Shown: positions 1-10,048 of the stretch, in pieces
Layout: each line of letters opens with the position of its first letter
Position numbering within the stretch: the stretch's first letter is position 1
IMG/VR virus record: IMGVR_UViG_3300021256_000055
Span: 199,124-258,524 of that record
Reading direction: 5' to 3' (one strand)
Length of the DNA stretch: 59,401 nt
Source: a virus
Taxonomy: Duplodnaviria; Heunggongvirae; Uroviricota; Caudoviricetes
Program-made: the position numbers and the translations under genes
Notes under the pieces: model-generated
The model's database searches: none
What the model saw: only the letters and a program-made list of their open reading frames with translations
Told to the model about the DNA's origin: nothing

Positions 1-1073
1 TGACTGTCATTATTTATAAGTTTAATATCAAAACTATTTTGTGTTACATATTTTTGGTCTACAAATAAATTATTAAATGTAACTTCTGATCCCAAAGATA
101 AAATTTGTTTTCTAAAAAAAGGTGTATGTGCAGGGTCTGCTGCAAAGGATGAAATATTAAATATAACTAAGCCTTTAGAATTACCAAAATTTGTATGTAA
201 GACTTTACTTTTAGTGTCTGTCCAAGAAGTGTTATTTATGTTATTTGAAAATCTTCCAGAGTCTATAATAATATCTCTTTTTGATTCCATACCATAAACT
301 ATAGCATCTATTGGATTTAATAATGAGTGCTTATTAGATGCAATATTGTTGCTTATAGCGTCATTAGTCATAAGTTCATGGTATTCTTTATTTGTGAGAC
401 CATAGCCAGTAAGAAAACTTCCAGTAGCCGCTTGTTCTTTGGTTGCGCCTCTAAGCCTATTATTAAGTAAATCTGCATATTTTGAATTTAATGATGACGT
501 ACCAGTTTTAGGTTTAATTGCCTCTGATTCTTTATATTGCCAATAATTTCTTAAATGTACTTTTCTAAATTTTTCTTTATCCTCATCTGATAATGTATTA
601 CCAGCTTTTAGTGTTCCTTTATTAGATATAAGACCAAGTTCATTTTCTATAGTGCTAGACATGCCCCCACCAAACATATCAACTGCTAATCCAGAGCCTT
701 CTATATTTTGTTGTTCATATTGTCTAATAGCAGATGATGTTTGAGTTAGCAAAGTACCATTAGCACTTAAAGATATACTTGTCATTTTAGGTTCATATTT
801 ACTTACACCTTTCCCACCTATTCTTTCTAAGTAGCTATCCCTTAAAGGATTTTCTATAACTATGTCAAAATTTTTAACAGCTGATTTATTTTTAATCATG
901 CTTATAATGGCTTTAAGGTTCATAGTACCTAAATGAGCATCTGAATTTATATTAATTTCTTGAGGTTCTTCAATATTTATAGAAGAATGAGCATATAAGC
1001 TAAGGTCTTTTGAATCCTTAGATGGTAATTGTGTTCTCTCTTTTTTTTGCTCTAAAAACTCACTTAAAGTCAT
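1..1073 (-). CDS. Hypothetical protein, probably virion-associated; truncated at window start
   Basis: ATG at 1073 (MTLSEFLEQKK...) and frame appears open to the window edge. It is absent from the ORF track because no stop lies in the window. It follows 1089..3509. Confidence 0.75.
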   Translation of the reverse strand, partial: MTLSEFLEQKKERTQLPSKDSKDLSLYAHSSINIEEPQEININSDAHLGTMNLKAIISMIKNKSAVKNFDIVIENPLRDSYLERIGGKGVSKYEPKMTSISLSANGTLLTQTSSAIRQYEQQNIEGSGLAVDMFGGGMSSTIENELGLISNKGTLKAGNTLSDEDKEKFRKVHLRNYWQYKESEAIKPKTGTSSLNSKYADLLNNRLRGATKEQAATGSFLTGYGLTNKEYHELMTNDAISNNIASNKHSLLNPIDAIVYGMESKRDIIIDSGRFSNNINNTSWTDTKSKVLHTNFGNSKGLVIFNISSFAADPAHTPFFRKQILSLGSEVTFNNLFVDQKYVTQNSFDIKLINNDS

Positions 1074-1088
1074 ATTTATTACCTATAA

Positions 1089-3509
1089 TTATTTGTTTAT
1101 TGTATTATACGCTGCTGTGGCATCGGTTTCTAAGTTATCATTCATTACCCAAGATTGTTGTAACGCTGGCATATACCCTATAGCCTCTGTATGTTTAATT
1201 CTATTTGTTTCATCAGCAGATAATAAATTGGTACTATCTGGGAACTCACCAATAGCAAGATTTTTATAAATAAATGTAAATGTAGTAGTAACTAGGTCAC
1301 TATTAGATTGATTAAAAGATACGTCGCCGCCGCCAGTAAATAAAACATCCTCAAAAATAAAATATCTTTTAAGAGTATCATCTTTATTATAAAACATATT
1401 TCCAGGTAAAATTTTTACTAGAATACTGTATTTTTGATTTTCATTATGTACTCTAGATGGCCTATATCCTAAGTCTTTTTCACTATTTTCAGGTTGTGTA
1501 GTATCACCATTACTCGTTATATACCTATTTGCTAAGCCGGCCATACGATTGAATAGTCTCATATATTCCAAGCCATTATCCATTTCAAATGTTAGAGCTG
1601 AATTAAAATCATGCTGTAATTTATATCCAGGAACTATATATCTTTGATTTAAAAAGCTATATTCAATTGTATCCGATTTTAAGTCGGGTATTGATACAGA
1701 TGCTACTCTCGTAGTAAAATCACTATAGAGATCAAGCATAGACTTAGTAGTAGTAGGAAGGCCCTCAGCTATAAGTTTTGCTTCTGGATTACTACTGCCA
1801 TCTGTATAGAATTTTTTATAAACTTTAGGAGCAGTAGACAAAGATAATAATTTTCGAACTTCTCCTGTATTATTGGATTCTATGATATAAATATCATACA
1901 TATTTGTCATAAAATCTGGACCAGATGCTATAATATCTCTAATAGCAGAGTTAACATAAGTATGGTCTGTTGCCTCAGATTTTATAAGTTTATTCATGCT
2001 AGCTATACGACCAATAGCGAATAAACTATGATTAGTATTAGATGGGATAGTTTCATTACTGGAAGAAATTGTGCCAGTAGTTCTCCTACCTTTCTTAGAA
2101 TACATTGTGAAGCCAATAGAAGTTGCAACATGCAATTTTCTATCTACTACAGCTTCTTTAAGATTAAAGGATGTAGTAGTTTGTAAATCCATTTCGGATT
2201 TTATCATAAATCCAGTTTTATGGGAATTATTGATTGACCTACCAAAAGATGTAGAAAAATGATTATTTGTAGATGCGTCTCTATACATTTTATAAATAAC
2301 ATCACCTATAAATCCTTCACCTACTGGAAGTCCTCCAAACCATCTACCATAATCAACATCAAAAGCATGAGTTAAGTATGGTTTACCCTCATCCCAAGCA
2401 ATAAAATCATCTTGCTTATAGGATTTCCAAGTAGTATTTTCAATTGTTAAATTTCCTATAGCTCTATTCGCAGCAGCTATCGCATTTTTAGATAATGCGC
2501 CGCCATGTCTGAGTTTATAGGATGGTTTGTTGTTTACTTCAATTTTTTCTAAATATTTTAAGAATTCCGGAATAACGGATACTATTTCAGAGGTATTATC
2601 ACCTTCACCAAGTACATGTATTACTCCATAACCTGCAGCTGGGTCTTCCTTAAAATTATTTATTAGAGGGTCCTTTTCCTCCATTAGAGTTTTAGATTTT
2701 GATCTAGGCGCTACTTCTGCATCAGCTTTCGCAACTGATGTACCCGTTTGTATAACTCTATTCTTTTTAGTAGCTTTATTAACTCCCCAAAAAACATATT
2801 TTGTATGTTTTAATATTTCCTTATTTTTACTTTTTGTTGTGGCCTCAGTAAATTCTTTTAATGCGTTCGTATCTTGAACTAAGTCAAGCTGTTGTATTAT
2901 TAGTACATTATCAGCATCTGCGGAATATTTTGATAAAGCCTCATTTGTTTTATTCCCAAATGCTTCCGCTAGAGTAAATCCATCTGTAGTAAAATATTCT
3001 GCGTAGTCACTCTTATTCTTATTTGCTAAAGATGACATAGTAACCGGGTCATAAGACGTAAATGCAGCACTATGATTTTCAATAAAGCTAAAATTAGTTG
3101 ACCATTTTTCAAATGGCTTTATAGTAGAAAATTTATCATTGTAATTATAAACTATTGAAGCAGAAGTTAGCTTTGGTAGCTCTCGTGAAAGAAACGAATC
3201 TATTTCTTTTTCATTATATTTTTTAAGAGCATTCTTATTTAATGCCTCTAAATTGGTTTTTCCTTTATTTAATCGTTTTAATAATTCTAATGCAGTAGCT
3301 CTATCTAGTTCATGATTGCTATTTGTAAAAGGCTTTGCTTTTTGGGGTGTTGAAATATATGAGGGTTTAGCATTTAATTTTTTATCTATATAATATGACA
3401 CATCTCCAGAAAGCTCTTTAGAAATTGTAGCTTTATTATTTTCTTTTTGAGAAGAGTTTGTTTGTTTAATAGATTCTTTTATTTTTTTAGAGTCCGGACC
3501 AATAGTCAT
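1089..3509 (-). CDS. 806-aa structural protein with C-terminal tail-tube-like (gp19/gp48/gp54-type) domain
   Basis: C-terminal YFIFEDVLFTGGGDVSFNQSNSDLVTTTFTFIY resembles the tube C-terminal hairpin of neighbour 3592..4206. Confidence 0.55.
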   Translation of the reverse strand: MTIGPDSKKIKESIKQTNSSQKENNKATISKELSGDVSYYIDKKLNAKPSYISTPQKAKPFTNSNHELDRATALELLKRLNKGKTNLEALNKNALKKYNEKEIDSFLSRELPKLTSASIVYNYNDKFSTIKPFEKWSTNFSFIENHSAAFTSYDPVTMSSLANKNKSDYAEYFTTDGFTLAEAFGNKTNEALSKYSADADNVLIIQQLDLVQDTNALKEFTEATTKSKNKEILKHTKYVFWGVNKATKKNRVIQTGTSVAKADAEVAPRSKSKTLMEEKDPLINNFKEDPAAGYGVIHVLGEGDNTSEIVSVIPEFLKYLEKIEVNNKPSYKLRHGGALSKNAIAAANRAIGNLTIENTTWKSYKQDDFIAWDEGKPYLTHAFDVDYGRWFGGLPVGEGFIGDVIYKMYRDASTNNHFSTSFGRSINNSHKTGFMIKSEMDLQTTTSFNLKEAVVDRKLHVATSIGFTMYSKKGRRTTGTISSSNETIPSNTNHSLFAIGRIASMNKLIKSEATDHTYVNSAIRDIIASGPDFMTNMYDIYIIESNNTGEVRKLLSLSTAPKVYKKFYTDGSSNPEAKLIAEGLPTTTKSMLDLYSDFTTRVASVSIPDLKSDTIEYSFLNQRYIVPGYKLQHDFNSALTFEMDNGLEYMRLFNRMAGLANRYITSNGDTTQPENSEKDLGYRPSRVHNENQKYSILVKILPGNMFYNKDDTLKRYFIFEDVLFTGGGDVSFNQSNSDLVTTTFTFIYKNLAIGEFPDSTNLLSADETNRIKHTEAIGYMPALQQSWVMNDNLETDATAAYNTINK

Positions 3510-3547
3510 AAATCAATTAGTAAAAAATTAAGTAGATGCGAAAATAA

Positions 3548-3572
3548 AAGGCTCCTCTTTTGAGGAGCCTCT
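3548..3572. terminator. Intrinsic terminator hairpin
   Basis: AGGCTCCTC-TTTT-GAGGAGCCT with flanking A tract, downstream of the tail tube gene. Confidence 0.75.
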
Positions 3573-3591
3573 ATTGAGCTAAGTAGTTTTA

Positions 3592-4206
3592 TTAAACTGC
3601 ACCACCTGAGCCTGTACCAGTAATACCAGTACCATTGTAGAATGGATAATCACAGTCGCCAAACTTAAATGATACAGGATATGTAATTGCTGCGCCACCG
3701 TCAGTCTTAAACTGTGGCTGACCAACCTTAGATACCCAAACATCATAGAATGTCCAAGTAGGGTTTGCGTCACCAGTAATAGAACCATCGTCAGCTTTAT
3801 AAATATCACCAGTAGATGTACCATTGTATGCGCCAGAAAGTGCTGTAACTTTAACTGTACCAAGAGCTGCTGCCCAGTTAGCAACACCACCATTTACAGG
3901 GTCTGTAACCATCATCTCCCAGTTTACAAACTCACCATAAAGTGCATATGCTGCATCAAGTACGAATGTAAGCTCGAATTCACGGTTAAATGTCTGCTTT
4001 GAAGCAGGACGCTTCATAGTAACACCATGATATGAAATATCATAACCATCATTAGCCGCATCAGGAATGGTAAAGCCATCTACACGAGTAGTAACAACGG
4101 AACCGCCATCAGCCCAAGGGAACTGAATGCTAACATCAAACATGTTGTCCATGGCGTCGGCGCCACGGTTAACTAATGCCTGAATAGCTGTAGAATTTGC
4201 TGCCAT
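3592..4206 (-). CDS. Tail tube protein (T4 gp19-like)
   Basis: 204 aa with tube pattern: N.F.V.I..P, FTIP, YHG...P....F, F.LTF, W...V.D, WTFYDVWVSKVGQPQF...YPVSFKF. Confidence 0.8.
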   Translation of the reverse strand: MAANSTAIQALVNRGADAMDNMFDVSIQFPWADGGSVVTTRVDGFTIPDAANDGYDISYHGVTMKRPASKQTFNREFELTFVLDAAYALYGEFVNWEMMVTDPVNGGVANWAAALGTVKVTALSGAYNGTSTGDIYKADDGSITGDANPTWTFYDVWVSKVGQPQFKTDGGAAITYPVSFKFGDCDYPFYNGTGITGTGSGGAV

Positions 4207-4312
4207 TTTATTTCTCCTATAGAAGTTTAATTAGAATATATTCTAATGTAAATTAGTTATATTTTAATTGTCTAAATTAGGAGATTTATGATAATATATA
4301 ATATTAGGTATT

Positions 4313-4588
4313 TTATATTTGATGTGTCATCAATTTATTATGCAGAGTCTTAAAGCAGGCTCTAGCATATTGTAGAACCTTATCTTTAGTGGTATCTGTC
4401 CAAATAAATACTTGGGATTCTACTATATGTCCCTCTGTATTTAATCGTGCTACCAAAATAGCGTTACTTTCATTCTCCATCGTGCAAAGGCAGACGGACT
4501 CACCATCACTTCTAGATTTGTGCTTAAGGATTCGATAATTTAGAATTTCTAAGTCCTTTATAGATCCAATTGGTGCTTTTTTCCGCAT
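4313..4588 (-). CDS. Hypothetical protein
   Basis: 91-aa ORF; CTAATT 4 nt upstream of ATG. Confidence 0.6.
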   Translation of the reverse strand: MRKKAPIGSIKDLEILNYRILKHKSRSDGESVCLCTMENESNAILVARLNTEGHIVESQVFIWTDTTKDKVLQYARACFKTLHNKLMTHQI

Positions 4589-4625
4589 AAAAAATTAGCT
4601 GCAGATAACACTGCAGCTTTTCCTT

Positions 4626-5093
4626 TTATTTAGATTGTTTATTAAGATGCTCGATATAGGTAAATAGCTGTTGATTATAGATACCAACGCCATTATTTAA
4701 GTCTGACTGTAGAGCTGCAAAGCTTTTTACAATAGCCTTAAAATATGTATCTCGCTGTCTTTCTGATTTTTCTTTGGCGTCCTTACAAGCAGCTAAACGT
4801 TGGTTATCCTTTTTAAGTGCTTCTGTATCATATGTTGCAACTGTTTGCGCCATAACTGCTGGTAAGCCATATGTAGAACTATGCCTATCTGGCTCATTCC
4901 ATCTATTAAAGATATCCGCATATTCAATATTTGCATCAGTATTCTCTTCAACAATAGAACGATATGCAATTAAGGATTGTTCAAGCATTTTAAGATGTTC
5001 AAGCCCACTATTTACGGATGCGATAAGGTTTTCTTTAGTTGCTTGAATTGCGCTAACATCTCCCTTATTTAAGGAGTCTGGTACATATGCCAT
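4626..5093 (-). CDS. Hypothetical coiled-coil protein
   Basis: 155-aa helical ORF coupled to 5097..5564. Confidence 0.7.
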   Translation of the reverse strand: MAYVPDSLNKGDVSAIQATKENLIASVNSGLEHLKMLEQSLIAYRSIVEENTDANIEYADIFNRWNEPDRHSSTYGLPAVMAQTVATYDTEALKKDNQRLAACKDAKEKSERQRDTYFKAIVKSFAALQSDLNNGVGIYNQQLFTYIEHLNKQSK

Positions 5094-5096
5094 AGA

Positions 5097-5564
5097 TTAG
5101 TCCTCCTTAGTAAAGTGGAAGAGAGTATTTTTTGGGAATAGCCCAATAGATTCGCGAATAAGTAAATCAGAAGATGTTTCAGTAGATTCTACTACCATAA
5201 TTCCTCTTACTGGCGAAGGTACTTTACCACCATGAATCAAAACAGCATCTTCAGGAACAGCAGGCGCTTCTGGCTCAACATGTGTTGGATAAATAGCAGG
5301 CTTAGCTGCAATGTCAAAATTTGCTGAACCCATAGCATTTTTATCCGCTACTTCACGCTTTTTATAAGTAATAGTATCTGTAACTCCAGGAATATTTAAT
5401 TCTTTTACCTTCTCAAATCCTGCATCATTAGCATTATTATCTAATGCTGTAGTTGTAGCATTTAATGGAACAATAAAATATTTCAAGTTCATTCCTTCTG
5501 GAGCAACAAACTTAACTGATTTTAAGAAATCTTCTATATTATGTGGTTCTTGTGTTAGAAACAT
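5097..5564 (-). CDS. Hypothetical protein
   Basis: 155-aa ORF with GAGG SD. Confidence 0.7.
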   Translation of the reverse strand: MFLTQEPHNIEDFLKSVKFVAPEGMNLKYFIVPLNATTTALDNNANDAGFEKVKELNIPGVTDTITYKKREVADKNAMGSANFDIAAKPAIYPTHVEPEAPAVPEDAVLIHGGKVPSPVRGIMVVESTETSSDLLIRESIGLFPKNTLFHFTKED

Positions 5565-5688
5565 TATCGAAATCCTCTAATTACTAGCTAATATAATCTA
5601 TAAATTAGTTAGTAATCTAACTACTAATTAGATTAACGCTACTATAGAATATATAGTAGAGCTATTATATTTTATGGAGGAAATAGCC

Positions 5689-5856
5689 ATGGACAATACT
5701 AATGAGAATCTTCCTCAGGGTACCCTTACTCTCAACGGCCAGGTAATTACTGAGTCTCAGCTTCAGGCTGAAAAAGAGAAAGTAGAGGGTACTAATCAGG
5801 TAATTCGCGAAACTAAGCCTGGTGAAAATCACACACTTACAAGAATGCGCGGATAA
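5689..5856 (+). CDS. Small hypothetical protein (start moved to MDNTNE)
   Basis: GGAGG SD lies 8 nt before ATG 5689; the track ATG at 5674 overlaps the SD. Confidence 0.7.
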   Translation: MDNTNENLPQGTLTLNGQVITESQLQAEKEKVEGTNQVIRETKPGENHTLTRMRG

Positions 5857-5867
5857 TAGGAGTTTTA

Positions 5868-6839
5868 ATGTTATTTGATGCTATTTTTGTAGATGTATTT
5901 AACCTAGCTTATAGAAAAAGTAGCAGTGACGATTATAAAAAGATTGCAAATGAATTTATTGATTTCTTAAATAAAGAAATTAAAAGCCATCTTGACGGTG
6001 ATGGCACAATTTATTTACTTTTTGATCCACTACCAAAATCTGATTTAGGTTTATCAAAATCCTTTAGATATTCGCCTAGATTAAGAAATTCTATAGTGGG
6101 TTCATATAAGAAAAATCGTTTTGCTAATCCACATGTAGGTGAAGCAGTTAAATTATTAAGAAAATATTATGCCTTTAGAGGTGATAAAATTAAGATTTGC
6201 ATTTCTGATGAGCTTGAAGCCGACGATTTCGTAGAGCAGCTTCTTAAAAAAGAAACAGGAAATGTTGCCTTAATTACAACAGACTTTGACTGGGCACGTT
6301 ATATCTCGGACAGGGTTGTTATGATAAACAAAGGCTTCGATAAGCCTTATACCAAGGAACAATACTTAAAAGACAATGGATTGATTCCTACTATTGCGAC
6401 TGTAACATTAAAAAAAGCAATTTTTGGAGATCCATCCGATAATATTGATAGTATTTTTGAATCAAAGAAAAATTATTATGAAGGCAATATGAAAGATGTC
6501 GCAAATATGATGCTTTTATATATTGCTAAAGAAAATATGCCTTTTAAGGAAGTTGAAGAACATATCAGAACTGCTTCTTTCCAAACTTTATTCAAAATTA
6601 AAGATAAAAATCCATTAGAAGAATTTGAGTATCAGCTTATATCTGTTGACCCAAATGTGGGCTCGCCTTATAATACTCTAATAGATAATATTCGAGTTAT
6701 TAAGAGTCGTTGTGATAATATTGATAAATATATTCAATTTAAGCCAGAAGATAATAAGTATAATTTGCTAATGGAAAGTATGATGGGAAGAACACCAGCA
6801 ACTAAAAAATCTTTAACTTTTGGAACATTAAAAGCTTAA
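5868..6839 (+). CDS. 5'-3' exonuclease / T4 RNase H-like (PIN/FEN family)
   Basis: VDVFN, LLFD, Y...R, EADD, TTDFD and GDPSDNI acidic motifs. Confidence 0.85.
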   Translation: MLFDAIFVDVFNLAYRKSSSDDYKKIANEFIDFLNKEIKSHLDGDGTIYLLFDPLPKSDLGLSKSFRYSPRLRNSIVGSYKKNRFANPHVGEAVKLLRKYYAFRGDKIKICISDELEADDFVEQLLKKETGNVALITTDFDWARYISDRVVMINKGFDKPYTKEQYLKDNGLIPTIATVTLKKAIFGDPSDNIDSIFESKKNYYEGNMKDVANMMLLYIAKENMPFKEVEEHIRTASFQTLFKIKDKNPLEEFEYQLISVDPNVGSPYNTLIDNIRVIKSRCDNIDKYIQFKPEDNKYNLLMESMMGRTPATKKSLTFGTLKA

Positions 6840-6843
6840 AAAT

Positions 6844-6870
6844 AAAGCTCCTCATTTGAGGAGCTTTTTA
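6844..6870. terminator. Bidirectional intrinsic terminator
   Basis: AAAGCTCCTC-ATTT-GAGGAGCTTT between convergent genes; arms nearly identical to 3548..3572. Confidence 0.8.
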
Positions 6871-7290
6871 TTAGTCAAAATAAATTTCAGCAATATCTAG
6901 TTTATTTTCTTGAGCATTAATATAATTCACTATATAATCAGGATATATGCTTGGATATAACATAGGCATATGTATTCTATATGATATAACTTGTTTAGAT
7001 ATTAAATCTAATATATAATATGTATCACTATATATAGGTTTAGGGTCGCTTAAAAATCTAATATAGCCCTTAGAGTTTTTCACATAGTTAAGTCCTTGTG
7101 TTCGTAGTCTATTATTTACATCATCAATAATATTAAATGTTTCTATTTTAGAATTTTTATTATCTTTATTAAAGATAATCGTTCTATAAATACCCTCATA
7201 TTTATTTATATTATTATTATAATCTGTGGATTTTACATATCTAATATAGGGGAATTCTTTACTGACTGCTAGATTAATAATCTCTTTCAT
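6871..7290 (-). CDS. Hypothetical protein
   Basis: 139-aa ORF. Confidence 0.6.
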   Translation of the reverse strand: MKEIINLAVSKEFPYIRYVKSTDYNNNINKYEGIYRTIIFNKDNKNSKIETFNIIDDVNNRLRTQGLNYVKNSKGYIRFLSDPKPIYSDTYYILDLISKQVISYRIHMPMLYPSIYPDYIVNYINAQENKLDIAEIYFD

Positions 7291-7293
7291 ATT

Positions 7294-7905
7294 TCAATTA
7301 AAATAATCTACCTCCTCATCCTCAAAATTTTGGATTATTCTGCCCATATTATCTCTGTCTATTACGGTATAGCCTGCCATATAACCCGGCATCCAAATAT
7401 ATTTTGTTAAAAAGTCCTCTTCAGGTGCATTTATATTCCTTTTGATATATGTTCTATTTTTTAAGTAGTCCATATAAGTATCAGACCACGATGCTTGCTT
7501 TTTAGTGACCTCCATAGATTCTTTATACAAATCTAAGTTATAAGTATCATACTTAAATGGGCCATCATCATAAATTATATATGCAGTATCTTTAATAGAA
7601 GTTCTATATTCCTTAGGCGTAGTTTGACCTTTTTCTAAATCTGTAAGTTTTATGCAATCTGGAAAAAATAAACTATTACGAAGAATATGGTCACAAATAA
7701 TACTTTTAATTTCAAAAGGTACACAAAGAATAAATATAGTAAAATATGATAAGATAATAATTGTATGTATAGTAGCTGATAAATTAAGACGTTTTCCAAA
7801 AAAGAGATATACTAGCCAGGCTAGATTAAAGGGACACATAATATAAGCTAAAATACCACCTATCTTATTCCACTTTTTATAGTATTTTTCAGTCTTATTC
7901 TTCAT
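7294..7905 (-). CDS. Membrane protein with two TM segments; likely leaderless start
   Basis: Two hydrophobic stretches. ATG 7905 is preceded by CTATAC-N17-CATATT-ATAAAT, the same geometry as array promoters. Confidence 0.65.
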   Translation of the reverse strand: MKNKTEKYYKKWNKIGGILAYIMCPFNLAWLVYLFFGKRLNLSATIHTIIILSYFTIFILCVPFEIKSIICDHILRNSLFFPDCIKLTDLEKGQTTPKEYRTSIKDTAYIIYDDGPFKYDTYNLDLYKESMEVTKKQASWSDTYMDYLKNRTYIKRNINAPEEDFLTKYIWMPGYMAGYTVIDRDNMGRIIQNFEDEEVDYFN

Positions 7906-7972
7906 ATTTATAATATGCCAATTAAAACTTAAAAGTATAGACTTTTTATATTCAAAAAACATATTATATGAA

Positions 7973-8620
7973 ATGATAGTATTTTTAGATATAGATGGCG
8001 TTTTAGATTCATTAAATTGGTTTAAGAGTCCATTAAGAAGACTAAGAAAAAATTATCGTACCGAAATGGCAACTTATATAAGCCCAAGAAATCTTTTTTG
8101 GGTAAGTCTTTTTTGTAAAATTACAAAAGCAAAGGTTGTTCTTTCATCATCTTGGCGCTATGGGTGGAATGAGGATGGTACTATTTGTCAAGATAATAAA
8201 GGTCGTTCAGTAGTTCCAACAGATAAATTATTAAGAAAACATGGCATGCCAATTTATTCAGTTACACCAAGTGTAGCAGAATTAAAGAATGAATATGAAA
8301 TTGACTGGTCTATCGTACCTGATTCATTTATGCAGTTTCATGATGATGAAAAAAATGAATTGGTAATTTCTAAAGAAAAATTTATTAAGTATGCTCGTGG
8401 CGCTCAAATTTTAGCTTGGATAGAACAACATAATTATAATGATTATTTTCAAATTTTTGAAGATGATTATTCTGATGTAATTTGTTTTAAGTGTTTGGAT
8501 AAGCATACTATAAAGTCTCGATTCTATGGTAGAAACGCTGGTTTTGGATATAAACAATTTATAATTGCGATGAAAAGGTATAAAAAATGGATGAAGCAGA
8601 AAAAACAGAACAAAAACTAG
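7973..8620 (+). CDS. HAD-superfamily phosphatase (Swiss-Army-Knife RNA repair-like HAD)
   Basis: VFLDIDGVL motif I, VVLSSSWR, IFEDD motif IV. Confidence 0.8.
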   Translation: MIVFLDIDGVLDSLNWFKSPLRRLRKNYRTEMATYISPRNLFWVSLFCKITKAKVVLSSSWRYGWNEDGTICQDNKGRSVVPTDKLLRKHGMPIYSVTPSVAELKNEYEIDWSIVPDSFMQFHDDEKNELVISKEKFIKYARGAQILAWIEQHNYNDYFQIFEDDYSDVICFKCLDKHTIKSRFYGRNAGFGYKQFIIAMKRYKKWMKQKKQNKN

Positions 8621-8952
8621 CAGATGTAGTAAAATATGTAAAGCCAAAAATATCAATGCCACTTATAAAAATTTCTAAGTATAAAAAAGAATATGATTTA
8701 TGTAAAATTTTTTGTAAAGATAATAATGCAAATTCAACTGAGCATTATATTATAAGACCAGATTTAAATAAATCAAAAACTTATAATTATGATATTTATG
8801 AAAAGAATAAAGAAAAGCCTTTTTTAGGATTTAATGAATTTGCTGCAGTTCCTTCTCCAATGATGAATTATGAAGCGCATGAAAAATGGCATAAAGCAAT
8901 GGATGAAGTTAAGGAAATTGTAGAAGAATCTATAGGATATTTTAATGAATAA
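8587..8952 (+). CDS. Hypothetical protein
   Basis: Overlap-coupled in the + operon. Confidence 0.6.
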   Translation: MDEAEKTEQKLADVVKYVKPKISMPLIKISKYKKEYDLCKIFCKDNNANSTEHYIIRPDLNKSKTYNYDIYEKNKEKPFLGFNEFAAVPSPMMNYEAHEKWHKAMDEVKEIVEESIGYFNE

Positions 8953-9547
8953 TAATGGATTTGGACTTCTAGTAAAACAAGATAAGTCTCATAAAAGATG
9001 GTATAAAAATCTTTTTAAGATTCTTCTTAATAAAGATAGTATAGAATTAAATCATTTTACTGTAACAAAAAGCCAAGTTGATATAGAAAATAATGGTCGT
9101 TTAATAAAAACTATTGTATTCAATATTGTAGAAAAGGCTACAGGTGAACTATATCAGTTATATACTAATGGTCTACACTTTCCTTTTCAGGCTATGGATA
9201 ATATTAATAAAATCTGGCAAAGATTTATGAGTGATATAAATTTGAATATGAAAGAAGAAATAGTAAATATAAAAGCTTATGATAAAACATCTGAATATGA
9301 ACGAGCCAGAGATAATATAGTAAAAATGGCTAAGGTTGGCAGAAAATATATTTTTGAAGATTTTCAAATTGAGCTATACCCAAATTATATAGATGTATGG
9401 CATAATAACACGCCTCTATTTCAATGGACAATGTATTTTGTGGCAGGAAGCAAAGATGTAATAAAAGATACTGATATCAATGCTGTAATAACACGTTTAG
9501 CAAATATAGATACATATGATGATAGTACTGTATACTTTAATGATTAG
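8945..9547 (+). CDS. Hypothetical protein
   Basis: Overlap-coupled, 200 aa. Confidence 0.65.
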   Translation: MNNNGFGLLVKQDKSHKRWYKNLFKILLNKDSIELNHFTVTKSQVDIENNGRLIKTIVFNIVEKATGELYQLYTNGLHFPFQAMDNINKIWQRFMSDINLNMKEEIVNIKAYDKTSEYERARDNIVKMAKVGRKYIFEDFQIELYPNYIDVWHNNTPLFQWTMYFVAGSKDVIKDTDINAVITRLANIDTYDDSTVYFND

Positions 9548-9557
9548 GCGGTAAAAA

Positions 9558-9959
9558 ATGACTATAGAAGAATTCGATAAAATACAGAAAGAATATCGCC
9601 AGTATTATGATATTATGCTTGATTTAAATAAGGCAATTATGGATATTATTGATGTTCTAATTGGTCATTATAAAAAGTACCTTGAAATAATTAAAATTGA
9701 CCCAACTGTTACAGCTGACGGTCCCACTTTAGCAGTAGAGTTTACAGTAAATAAAAATGATTATATGGTATTCCAGATGTATAAAAAAGGTACACAAAAC
9801 ATATATAATGTTCTTGGCTTTGATAATCCACCACAAGACTGTTATCCCGAATATACAATATATAACGGATTCTTAACAGAAGATATGTTTAATGCTTTTA
9901 ATGATTATATGTGCAGAATAACAGGAAAGAAATTAAAACCTATTGAGTTTATTAAGTAA
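9558..9959 (+). CDS. Hypothetical protein
   Basis: 133 aa, followed by a hairpin. Confidence 0.65.
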   Translation: MTIEEFDKIQKEYRQYYDIMLDLNKAIMDIIDVLIGHYKKYLEIIKIDPTVTADGPTLAVEFTVNKNDYMVFQMYKKGTQNIYNVLGFDNPPQDCYPEYTIYNGFLTEDMFNAFNDYMCRITGKKLKPIEFIK

Positions 9960-9961
9960 AT

Positions 9962-9988
9962 AAAAAGCCAGCTTAAATGCTGGCTTTA
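9962..9988. terminator. Bidirectional terminator
   Basis: AAAGCCAGC-TTAAAT-GCTGGCTTT between convergent genes. Confidence 0.75.
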
Positions 9989-10048
9989 TTATTATTTTAA
10001 TTAATATGTACTTTTAAGGTGTATACATATATCTATATAAAAAAGGTA

